Part shown: one piece after another, positions 24,754 through 37,800 of the stretch
Numbering within the stretch: the first letter of the stretch is position 1
Layout: each line of letters starts with the position of its first letter
From: Callorhinchus milii
Taxonomy: Eukaryota
Direction: 5' to 3'
Assembly: GCF_018977255.1 (NCBI RefSeq)
Contig: NW_024704749.1
Coordinates: 9,734,001-9,798,000, forward strand
DNA: 64,000 nucleotides
Program-made: the position numbers and the translations under genes
The notes under the pieces: generated by a model
Databases searched by the model: none
Told to the model about the DNA's origin: nothing
Seen by the model: the letters and a program-made list of their open reading frames with translations, nothing else

Positions 24754-27700
24754 TTAAGAAAATCTGTAGCCAATTAGAAAACCTGAAATTATACCAAAAA
24801 TTATACAAACCACATGAAGAAACCACATTCCTTCAGTTCTACGTGTTGCAGAGAAGCTCCCTGGCTGTACAGTTGTTAAACCAAATTGTCTTATACAGTT
24901 ATTACATAATTTGTACGAGTAGTTAAATTCCAAGTTCTGCACAAAGTCAGAATTATTTTTTAGCAATGCTTTATACAGTTCATCTTCTGCATCTTCTCCC
25001 TTATTCATTACTAGTTGAAGCATGGCTTTATTTTGTTGAATTTCTACATTATGAGTGACAATTTCGGACTCTTCAGATTTAGTGATAACATTTGTATCTC
25101 GTAAATGCAACAGGATAGGTTGAATTGTTTTGAGACAACAAATTATTTCCTTTTTGTGTCTATGAACAAAGTCTACACATCTTTTCAACTTCTTAAACAT
25201 ATCTGAAAGAAAAGCACAATGGTTAGAGAACTGTAAATTATATTGTTTATAATGACTGCTGCTGTTTTAAAAGGATAAAAAGAAGCGTTTTAAACTAGTT
25301 CCAGATACCCATATGTGTCAAAGGTAACATATTATAATAATCTTTGCATTTGATATCAAGCCTTACCCATTCATCAAGATGTCTTAATGCACTTTACACA
25401 ATTTTTTTTGCAAAGTGCGGTGAATCTGTATTGGAAGGAAATATGGCAGCCAATTTGTACACAGCATTGCATTCTAATGAAATAGAATGAACAGAAAATA
25501 CAGATTTCTTTCCCCAAACTATTATTTTCTTTAAATGGTTATGCATGTTTATTTTATATCTGAGTTTAGGTACATTAGCACTGACCTGGTCGTAACAATA
25601 TTTCCCACAACACATTGAGCTTGCTTCTTTCAGTCAAACACAGCTTAATGCTATATTTCGACTCCTGGATATAAACCTCATGGAATGGTTGCTGTTGTTT
25701 ATACCTGAAGTAGCTGAATTTTATATCCTATAATAACAAGAATTTGAGAGAGTATAATGCACAGGAACATGTGTTCAATGAAGGTACAGTCGGTGTAGCA
25801 ATAACATGGCAATTATCTGTAGAAAACCGATAAACTGACTTTACAATGACAATTGTTTTAATAAAATAATGAAAATAATTATTTCCTTATAGTTTTGTAT
25901 TTGAATCAAGATTTTTTTTAATTGTTTCAAGGATCTATTCATTTTGAAGAATCTATCAATAGTAAATAAAAACTTATCACAATAAATTCTGATCTGTCAA
26001 TACGTTATATGCCTGAGTGACCAATTTTATTTGGAGGATTGTTGACCCAAGACGCTTACCAGTGGTTTTATAGCTACATTTGAAAAGGATGTCAGCCTAT
26101 ACTTCTTGCCATAGTAAACTGATGTTATTTGTGGAGGCTTTTGAATTTTCAGGGACCTTATTTCTTTTTCCTGCAAGTCAACTGCCTGAAAAGAGTTAGA
26201 AAAAGATAACTTTTGTTTCCTTATATGATTATATTTTAAAGCAAAATACAAAAAAAACACCACAATAAGTAATCTGCACCTAAATAGTTCTCAGATGCTC
26301 TATTCTAATTATCACTGACACTGACAGAAAAGCAACATTCATATTAATTAATTACATATTAATTAGATTCACATTCATATTCATTATTGGTCTGGCAAGA
26401 ACCACTGAAATCAGGGAGAATTAGGTTGGAGGGGATAGCAATGGTAGGGAGTGGTAAAACTTAGGGTTTGAAGATCTTGGTCTTTCTGTTGGGTTATTGG
26501 AAGCCGGTAGAGGCTGGCGAGGGTGCGTATGAAGTGTGCAAAAATTCCTGCTTATTTTTAGATGGATAACCGAAAGTGATTATTAATTATTTCTATTAGT
26601 TTGACAACTATAAACATTAAGGTTTTGTAGCAAAATCCACAAATATTTTCAAGTACAGTACAACGTCTCATTGTTACTGAAGTTTCATTTAAATGCACAA
26701 GCTATGTATTAACTTTGAAATATTTAACTTTCCATAGTTAAATCACACCTATCACTCCGCCTCGCCCCCTCCTTAGTCTCCTTCAAGTCCCGCCTCAAAA
26801 CCCTCCTCTTCGACCATGCCACCAGCCACCCCACCCTTTCCCCTCCCCTCCCTTCTCCCCCCCTGACCCCAGCTCGGGTCTGAAATGCTGTACACTGTCC
26901 AGTGCCTTGGGACATTCTCCTGATGTGAAAGACGCTATATAAATGTAATCTTATTGTTGTTGTTAAAAAATAATATAAAAATTGAATATTTTCAGTTACC
27001 TGTATTAATGAGCCATCATTTGGTAACACATAGACATGAAGAATTGAACAATCAGCTCGAAATGTTTGATATATCATTATGACAGCATGAATAGCCACCT
27101 GATGGACCTGACCAAGGATGACACCCATCAAGGTCAACGGTTGATTTCTTTGCACGACATGAGATAAATGGATTTCTGATGGATTTTCCAATACTAAGGT
27201 ATCATCTCTGAGGCACACAATACAATATCTCGCAGAATGTATTGCTTCCCCTGCACCTAAGAATATTCAAGTTTTATCAATTGCATCAATAAGGTATATT
27301 ACACCACATTCACAGTAAAATAAGTCACTTCACTTTGGAGCCTGAGGCTGCACCAGTACATATCAGGTGTATGGATGGCAATTAAGGCTCTTAAAGATTG
27401 TAATGTATCAAGGCCAGAAATGTAGTGCAATGCTTAATAATTGACTTCCCTAATAGAACTATTACTACTTGAAATATTTACATCCCATAATCAAGGTAAG
27501 GCTATCAAACTGGATTATAATTTATACAATTAATAGTCACAGGAAAGTGCAACCTGATCAGATACTTAATATCTGAATTCAAAGCTTTGAAATTTTCTGG
27601 GCTCATGCAACAATAGCAAGTTAGTTCTTTGATCAAACATGCATTATAAGGCATTGGGTGGTTGTGGCACTCTTTTGGAAAAGCAGCAAAGCAAAAATAA

Positions 27701-28890
27701 CAAATGGATAATCTTTGCTTTAATATAGTGCTTATAATGCTAAAACATTTCAAATTGCTTCACTGAGATTTGCTGTCAAGTGCAGTAATTGTTGGCAAAC
27801 GTGGCAGCCAATGTGCATACAGCATAATAATAGGCAAAATTTGGAAAACACCATAAAAGACCAAACAAAGCCTTTAGAAAGTCGTACTTCCTCTCATCAA
27901 CTGATTGTAATGCCCTTCTGGCTTAGTTAGTAACTCTTGTCTCTAGGTGATGAGGCTCTTGGTTCAAGCCCCCCGTCGAAAGCTCATGGATCTAGATTGA
28001 CACTACAGCGGTGCATGTGTGGGGGGTGGGGAGCACTGTATTTTTGAAGATAGTACCCGTTGCATCAATGGTTAAACTAAGCTCTGCCTGTTCAGGTGGT
28101 TATTAAAGATCCCATAACACTATTGTAAAATAATGTCCTGCCCAACATTCTTCCATTTAAATTAGTCATTCACTTCATGACTGTGGGACTCGAGGCAAGA
28201 CTACTGCGTTTTCCTACAAATAGTCATGATTTTGATAGCAATTCCCTGTGAAGCACTGGAGACATTTTTACCTTTTACTAATGTCAAACTAACGAAGTAA
28301 TATACAGCATGAGAAAACAGACCACCGCATGTAATAAACAATCAGAGAAATATTAAACATATACAACTTTACAAGATACCTGATTCACAAATGAAATGAG
28401 GAAGATGAACAGCAGCAATATCACCATAACTAACACGAATGTTGAACAATGGTCCTCCGATTATCCAACATTCTCTTTGCACATCAGAAATATAGTCATC
28501 CCAGGAGTTATACTCGTAAAAGATTCTAGCATTGGATTTCGATTCCCATCTCAGTCCTGTTTCAGCACATTCATAATTGCCTTTCTCTGGTAAGGTAATA
28601 CTTTCAAAGAATATTAAAAATGTTAATATGGGCACTGATTTTAAGTAAATAGAATCAAAATTCATACACAATACTTCTTATGATATTTGCAATTCCTGCC
28701 ATATTTTGTCCCATTTACAACAACTTGCATTTACATAGTGCTCTTCAAAAAGGTAACATCTCAGAGTATCGGTTACAAACTACAATGAATGGAGCTAAGA
28801 TTGCACAAATTTTACTTTCAGAACTTACCAGAATTTCCCATTTGCATCTTCTGGAATAGTCGGCTTAACAATGATCCACTTTAGTTTATC
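24754..28890 (-). CDS. FIIND#2-CARD-hydrophobic tail module of gene B
   Basis: GNYECAETGLRW...GGPLFNI...VHLPHFIC; LHVYVLPND; KPPQI; LWEILLRP. CARD DFVHRHKKEII...LYKALLKNNSDFVQNL. Tail MWFLHVVCIIFGIISGFLIGYRFS*. Exon sizes 62/221/257/126/142 parallel gene A (62/215/254/120/142). Confidence 0.9.
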
Positions 28891-31800
28891 CTGGAAACGA
28901 TGAAAATAATGTATGAAAGAATTCCAGCGTTAACAATGTATAAAGTTGAAAGTTTAAACACGGTGTAATTGTGTCACCTTTCTAATCTTGGGTATTCTAC
29001 AGGGACAGTGTTCCTTTTCAAAGTAACAGACTACATCTGTAATGCCTCTGCACACTGCTGTTGGAAATAGATACAATACAGTAAGCAATCAGACTATTCC
29101 CCCAAGAAAGATGCGCCTCATTCTGCTTCAACACATTAGCTGGATACATAGTGACCTTGGCTGAAGACGAGGAGTTCAAGAATCTTGCCTTTAATGGGGA
29201 TGCAAATGAGCAGTGTACTGTGGCAATAGCAGATGTAAGATATCATCCCCTCAATAAAAAGGGTCAAGGCAACAGTCAACAAGGAGCTGAAGTACCTAAA
29301 AACAATGGTGAAAGTCTCCAACGACGACAATATTGGTTGCCCGACATGCAAAGAAGCATTTAGCACAATCAGAGCCATTGAAAGAAATGGAAGAAGCAGC
29401 TAAGTATCTGGATAAGATACAACCACTAACTGTCCCTAACTGCAATATAAGAAAAACAGTGAAGGCTGCTCTTTTAAAGCAACAAATATTAAGGGTTTAC
29501 ATAATGAAATATCTTTCATGCACTGCTAAAGCAAAATAGTAAAATGTTACTGAATGAATTACCAGGAGCTTCAAGAAACTGCATTTGTACACAGATTTCA
29601 GGTCCCAGCGTAGTGCACTGCTGACCGGTTTTCACCGCTGAAATAAAGTAAAAGACATTTCACTAAAAAAATCAGAGTTGTGATAAGAGAAAGAAAAAAC
29701 CTGGAAATACAGTTGAGTTTGTAATGGTATTATATAATAATAATAAATCTTGCATTTGATATATTCTTCTAACTGCAAAACGTTAGCAGTTCCAATCTAG
29801 TCCAAGACTAAATGAGATCTACAAACACACTATATAGATGTATATCGTTTCTTTAGGACCGAGACACCACTAACCAGAGAGGATTGATAAATCCTTTATC
29901 CTGTTACACACTGCAAGGGACATCGCATAACAGCTTCTGCAGCTACTGATGCTCCCCTCCTTACAAAATCTGTCTACATTTTTCTTCAATGTGTGGACCC
30001 TGTTCGCACGAAGTATCACGTAGGAGCCTTTATTAATTACGAAGTGACCCAGACTAACAGGCCAGGGTGATTTTGTAATAAAGGAAGTGACCTAGACTTG
30101 TTAGTGTTACCTGAATACGAGGGTGAAGATTTCAAATTTTCTGTTTGTACCGCAATATCTGAGGCCACAATTCCCTGCTTTTGAAGAAGTAATTGATCTG
30201 AAATACAAAAGTAATAATAACTATGAATAACACAGTGCCAAATCATTAAGAGCTCATTCTTGCACTTTCTGGCTTTTTATATTTTTATATTTTAATAGCT
30301 ACTGCCTTAAATTAAGTGGTTGAACAAAAATAAATAAATATACAAGATATTTACCTAAATCAATAAAAGATTGTATATTGTCTGTTTCTGTAGCAGAATC
30401 AAGCAGAAATGCCCTGAATTCCTCTGGTGTATATTTACCTGAAAGATAAAAGCAACATCAATTATAAAGTACGTTGAAAAAGCATTTCTATCACCATCAA
30501 ACAGAGAAAACAATAAAGTAGAGTGGATCAATTGGTAGATCTCTCACCTCTGAGTCAATTCTCACAATTATGGGATTCAAGCCCCACATCATGACATAGA
30601 CAAAGTCTAAATTGAGATTCTAGTGCAGTGCTGGGGATGTATTGCATTGTTGGAAGTCCTGTCCTTTAGATGAGAAGTTGAACCAAGGCCCCAACTGTCT
30701 ATTCAAGTGGATGTTAAAGATCCCAATTTCCAACAGAAAGAGGTGGGCTGGGTTGCAAAGGAGCTAAGGGAAATGAATTAATGGCTTTATCGGTAATTAA
30801 AGATGGCTTTATCGGCGATGATAACTTATGAGATGGTGAGGCCCTGGTAATCACCAGATCAAGGAGGTGACCCTGGAAACACATCCCTCCTCCACCTTGC
30901 TAGAAAGGCATAAAGTAAATGGCTGATCAAAATGAATATATACAATATTTATTTAAATCAGCAAAATATTGTGTATATGTTTCTGTAGTGGTATCAGACA
31001 GAAATGCCCTTGGGGTTTTTTTTTACCTGAAATATAAAGTCAACACCGATTATAAACCACCCTTACTGGCAACTTGTTCCAGTCACTAATTACCTGCTGA
31101 TGATGTTTAGCACACCACATGAGCTATTAGTGTGATGCTTGTCTCCTTAAAGGACTATCCTGCACTCTGCTTTTACAGAGTTTTGACACAATCTATATAG
31201 GCCTCTAAGCATTTAAAATACTAATATACAGGCTTACATTAATGAAAAAGATTTTAAATGTACCTGGGTAAGGGGCTGAATAATGTAAAAATGTGACATT
31301 TAGTACTGACAATACACTGATGAGATTTTTAGACAAGTCTTTCAGGCCGACAAATTATTTTCAATAACAGCTAGAAGATAATTTGTTGCTGGTGCAGAAC
31401 AATTGCTGTGTTTATCTACATAACATTATACAGGATTTCTGTGTTTTGGTGTGGGAGGGGGGCAGAGTCTGAGTGAGGGGGAGCTCTGTAAAGAACGGAG
31501 TGCAGTCAGAGGGGTGGAAAGGGAGAAAGGAGACTGGAAGGAATGCTCGGGAACTCTGCTCTGGAAACTGGTAGAGACTCAAGACCTTTCGAACTGTAGC
31601 TGTGAAAAGAGCCGAAACAACATATTGACTTGTAACAGTCATTCTCTTTCTTAATAGCACTTGCATCAGCGAAGCGTGGTTAAATCTACAATCTTTAATT
31701 GCTCCGAGATGCTACCCGCATGAAGCAGACTATATTATATATATATACAGCAAGTTGTTGCTGTATCTCTGTGGGTAACTGGACTCTGTTAATTACAATT

Positions 31801-34800
31801 ACAACAACATCTGAATTAGACTGTCGCTGCGATTTCTTTTTTAAGAAGATTCTCAATCCTGTAGCATTAATATTATCCATGCAGGTGCCTGAGCTGAGCA
31901 AGACAGTTGGATACAACTCGTCCATTCTCAGGGGACAGAATTTGTGACACATTCATGTACAGATAGTAAATTACATCCCAATTTCCAATACCCCTAAATA
32001 GTTCTTGGACTTGAAGCAAATTAAGAGACCAGCGTAGTCACACATTTCAACATAAATGTACACAACATTTACCTAAAGCAGTGTGAAAAGATTCTATGCT
32101 GTCCATTTCTGTAGTAGAATCTAACAGGAGTGTTCTATATTCCTCCAGAGTTGCTTTATCTAAAATATAAAAAAACATCAGTTACAAAGCATACTGAAAA
32201 AGTATGAGTTTCAATCTCTCAAACCAATTCCATTGTTGCTAAATCAGTTGTAGTTTGTGTGTAGAGGAGCTGGGGGGAACGGCAAGGTGGGTATTGGAGA
32301 AATTCTTCTCATATCACTGCTGAAACAGATATAGATTTAATGAATAATTTTACTTAGTTGCGAAGTTGGAAATTTTAATCTTTCTGTTTCTTTACCCATT
32401 TTTTTTCCCAAGAGCTTGATTATCTGAAATGTAAAGGAATACCATGAAGAGAACTGACGGTTCAATGACATTGAAACAAAACAATGTTAAGATAAAACAA
32501 AAGTTAAAACAAAATAGTTTGTATCCATATATAAGTGAGAAACAAGCATGACCCTTCTCATGGCGTATTGAATGAAAAAGTTTGAAATGTTAGGTGATTG
32601 AGAATGAAAATTTTAATCTTTCTACTCTTTCACCTATGTGTTCTCCGAGAACTTCATTATCTGAAATGTAAAGATACTGGCATTTAGGGATAATAACACA
32701 ACAACAACTTCCATTTATATAGCACCCTTCATGCGGGTTAGAGTCTCAGAGTGCTTAATAGAAGAGACGGAAGATGTTTTTCAGACCCTTAAACCTTTTG
32801 TTATCAATGTTGAATCATTCAGTCCATATATTTGGCCAATTATGTTGTTAAACATGAAGCATTATGTGAGCTACCGTTCAACAAATATTTAAGACTGTTA
32901 ATATTCCTTAATTATAATTATGGTGAACATATTTATAGAAATAACTTATTTTGGGAAATGCACATAAGAGGTAGGAAATAAGGTAGGAGACATTGGAAAA
33001 GGACGGAGGAGGTGGAGGGGAAGGCATTGATATCCTCCATCCAGTACCAACCCTCATAACAGTCTAATACTGGATCTGGACTCCCCCTCTCATCCAGAAC
33101 TTCCACAGTTCAACCATTTCTGAGGTCTGCCCACACCTCAACAAAGACCTATGATCTTAATAACCCCATTCATTGAGGTCCAGATTGTTTAAAAGACTCA
33201 TCAAGGTGTTAAAAAAGTGCCCTTTGTCTTTGAAACAATATCTCTGACTATCTTAGTTCTCAACACATTTGTATCAGAATGTTTAGAAGACGATGCCTTT
33301 TTTAAAAAAATTCCATGAAGTGGCTTGACAGCTTTTGATTAAAGAACATAAAATGTTAAGTTCAAGAATAAATAAATTATCTAATTGGATATTATTCAGT
33401 GTTTTTCAGTTTTAGATATGATGCTAAAAAAAGAATAGACGTGTGTACATGTAGACACTGAACAACTTTTACCTGAATCAGTTTGAAATGGAGTTTCTTC
33501 CGTTTGTGTACCTATATAATTGAACGGAGCTCTGCCTTCCCCAAAAGCTTGTTTGTCTGAAATACAAAGTCAACCCATTTAGGAAATATGACCTAATTGA
33601 GAGATCCTCATGTGAAAGATCACTGGTGTAAGCAATCAATGCGTGGTTATAATATTGAAATAGAACAAAATAGATATTTCTAAAAGAAAAAATAAACCTT
33701 TTTCTGAATCAAGATGTTGAGATTCTGTTGTCTCTGTCTGTATACCGATATCACATAACACGGTACCTTGATCTCCAAGAGTTTTTATAACTGAAATACA
33801 AAGGCAAAAATATTTTTAAATAATTGCACTAAAATACCAAATCTTACTTAAAATGTCATACGAAAAATCTTTGCTAAAGCCTTTTTTCTCTTGGGGGGAA
33901 AAGTCAAAGGACCCAAAGTTTATTTGCATTCCCCAAGCTCAAAGACCAATGCCAGAGGGGCAGAACAAGAATAAAAGTACAGCTCTTTTACAGCGTCTCA
34001 GGTCTATGCTTACATATCTATAATTTAGCTGGACATTTGCAGCTAACAGTAACAACTTCAGTCGGAATTCAATGGCCACTAAAACATACACTATAAAATG
34101 AATACTGAATACAAAAAATGAATACAAAAGAATTAATAAAATAAATTCAGGAATGAAAGAGAAGGCAAAATACATCTTCTGAACCTTTACCTTTCTGAAT
34201 AGATAGAAACTGCTCTTGAATGGAATCAGGAATGGTTACTGGTGCTTTTAAGAAAAATACAGATTTGTTAGTTCTATTATAAACATCCAACTTCTTTTTT
34301 TGTGAATTTGAAAATTACAAACTAAATAAAAATTCTGTTCCAGCTGTCTGATTGTGAAGAAAGACCAATGAAGAGGTGGTCTCATCAAGAACTTGATTTG
34401 CATTGCTGTATAGCAATGACTTGGACTTGAATAGATTTTTCCATGTTTCATGGACAAAGATTGCTTCAAATCAATGACATGGATCAATGAGCAGGAACGA
34501 AAGGAGGGGAATTTCTGGGCGCTGACCAAAGGCACGGTCAAATAAATAAGATTTCAGAGGGTTTTGAAGAAAGCAGACGCAAAGTGAAGGGATGAGTTCT
34601 GGAGAATGAGGGCACAGTGACTGAAAGCTTGGTCGCTGATAAACGATAATCATTGTGTTTGATATAGCAGCTCATCACATTGTTGTGGCTAGGGAATTGA
34701 GCAATAGTTCAGGAGTGAGATTTTTGGGGCAGGTAGAGTACAACTGTGAGGAGATTTGAAGATTCGGACAAGGATCATGCATGTACTGAAGGTGCAGAAA

Positions 34801-37800
34801 TTATTTAACGGATATATTTCCAGGTAAAGCATTCACATATAGATATCCCAAATAAAATTAAATATGCATACCTATCTGATGACAAGATCTTTGGTCATCA
34901 ATTGAATCCACTTTTGCATCTTCACAAGGATCGGAAACACCTAAAATATTCTTGGCTTCTAATGAAAACAAAACTAAAGATTTTATTTGTTGTTTGACAT
35001 CAGTTTTTGCAACTTGATATGTGTGAACTCAAGCACTTGACTAGCAGCACAGTGCAGTCAGTGGGTTTATGCCAACAGACTGGCGAATCAAAAGCACATC
35101 AACAAGGGCCTAACCCTAACCCCAAGTAGACATCTAAAGACATTTCAATAAGACACTAACACAATCCTAAACAACTTTCTGTCAATGTATAGGATATAGC
35201 AGCAAGGAGATAAATAAGGCATTATTTAGGGTGGAGCATTCTTAAACATAGTACTAAAATACCTGGTTCTGATATTGCAGTTTCCAGCATTGATTTGACT
35301 TCGGCTAAAACGCTGCTATGTTTACATTCGATTTCTGCATCATGAACAGATTTACTTGTTACCACAATAATCTATAAAGATATTTCCTTTCCCACATACA
35401 AATAATATTTTTCAAGATATTAAATAACTGGATTAAATAGAGATGAAAACGGTTGTAATACTTCAAAAAGAAACTATCCAAAATTAAGGAGGAACCAACT
35501 CTAATTTCATTGTCAGATGTGATTCAAAACCAGACTGCACACCAGAGAAAATTGAACATTTCCTGAGGGCATGTTATAATAATCTTTGCATTTGATATAA
35601 CATTGAAACATCTCAAAGCACTGAATGCAAGGATTATTATATTACCCTTATCTACATGCACTGCCACTTTTAATGACCTGTACACCAATTGTGATTGGAA
35701 TTATTTTGAAAGGTATTATTGTTGGTAATAACCAAGCCTGCATAAAAGATGGACGAATGAAGTTGTTTTCATTATAAGATTACGACATTAAGATTTAGTA
35801 GCAACTGGCTTATATCAGAATGTTTTAGTTAAAGTAAGTACATACAAACAATTCTATAAACAAAAAGTTAGAAACGTACCTGACTGATTATCCATTTCTT
35901 CAAGTATATGTTTGCAAACATCATCTTCATCTGAAATACATTTAAGATGTAAAATGGTCATATCATGTCCCTGAATTGCATTAGGTACGTATTCCTCTCT
36001 ACTCAGTTACCAAGATATTTTCCTATTTATGTTTCCAATATACTTGTATAATTCACAAATAGCAATATAGATTATAATGAATGAAAAAAATTAAAATATA
36101 AATTTACTAAAATGTTTATGTCATAGATATTTGCTCTATATGAAGTATGACATGACTATTCTCATTATAAACATATACAGATTTGGCACAATGACATCTG
36201 GCAAAAATGGTGCACATGTCTTTTCCTTCCCCCAAAAAAAGTTTAGCCAAAAGTTGAATTTAAGAAAATAAGTAAATTTATACCTGATTGATCATGAGGC
36301 AATCCCAAATTTTCCAGTAACATTCTAACTTGGCATAAAAGAACTCTATATTTGCAGATACGCTTTGAACCTGGAGGAATACAAGAGTTCAAATATTTAC
36401 ATGAAATTACAAAGCAGGATGATTGACATAAAACATGATTTTGGTTCATAGCTAAGAAGAGATGACCAAATAAGTGACTCACAGTTTAAAGCGGTCATCA
36501 TGCACACACCACTAACTATACCTGATGGATGGGATGATACAAGGAAATTTGATTTCACAGATGGAGGTTTGCAAACATCTTCTCCATCTGAAATATAGTT
36601 ACAGTGTTTCACTTTACAGTATATTCCGTGAAGAGCTTTGAGACATCTCAACGACATGATAGTGCACTATATCAAACTCAAGGATTTTTATTATTATTAT
36701 TCTTTAGCTTTTCAATCTATTTCAACCAAAGCAACATACATTACAATTTGTTGCATCGATTAAATATGTTCAACATTTTTTGCAATTACTTAAATGTAGT
36801 GAAGAATATTATTTGAAGATGAGTATCCCTGAAGTAAAACACTAAAATTATACCTAGTTGATAGTGAGATGGTCGTACTTTTTCCAGTAGTGTTATGACT
36901 TCACATAATTCAGCTCTATGCTTACAAACTTCTGATTCTGAAAAAATGCAAGAATTATTATCATTAGATAAAAACAATTTTGCAATTCTGATCTTCACTA
37001 ATATTTTTTCTCACATTACAAATAAAACTATGATAATTCTTCACAACAGATATCTCTTCTAAGGACCTCTTCAGATTCTTTTCCCCAGTCCCACAGACAG
37101 CTGGAACATAGAAAGTGCTAAGTTCTATCCACATCAACATGTTAGACTGACTGTATATGCCACCTGAAAAGGATGGGGTGTCAAAATTCTGTACCATAAT
37201 CTCCTATCAGAGGGAAGCTTCATCCAGGAACAATGCCCTCTGCATAACTCAGAGATCAAGAAGTACAAAAAGAAAATAAACCTTACCTCCATTGGAATCT
37301 ATAGTTTCATGTTGTATAGCTTGTGTAGCAGCTGCCATATCTGTTTCTTCCTCAAAAGGTATCACATCTAAAAATGTATTTAAATGTTAAACACATTTAA
37401 CAAATACAGTACCGCAGTACCAATACTGTATACTATAACATATCAGGCTATGTTTCTGAAAGTTTGTTAACTGAAAGAAGAAATAAGTGATGAAGGTTAT
37501 AGCAATTAATTATTTAACTATAATCACATTAGTTTACAAAAGACAAATTGACTGCCCAATTCTCCGTAGATAGCAAAGAATATGATAGTGGTACTATGTG
37601 GGAAGAAACATTGGTAATCAATTTTCCAAGCATAATGCCAAAATTGTTGAATGTTATTGAATGTTCATAAATTTAATTACAAACAATACAGGATACATGA
37701 TAGTATATAAGGGTTTCAAATTCTTTTTTTATTGATTTTGTCTGAAGATTGCAATCCTGAAAATAGGAGCAATAGAATGCAGTGAATATTGATAAAAGTA

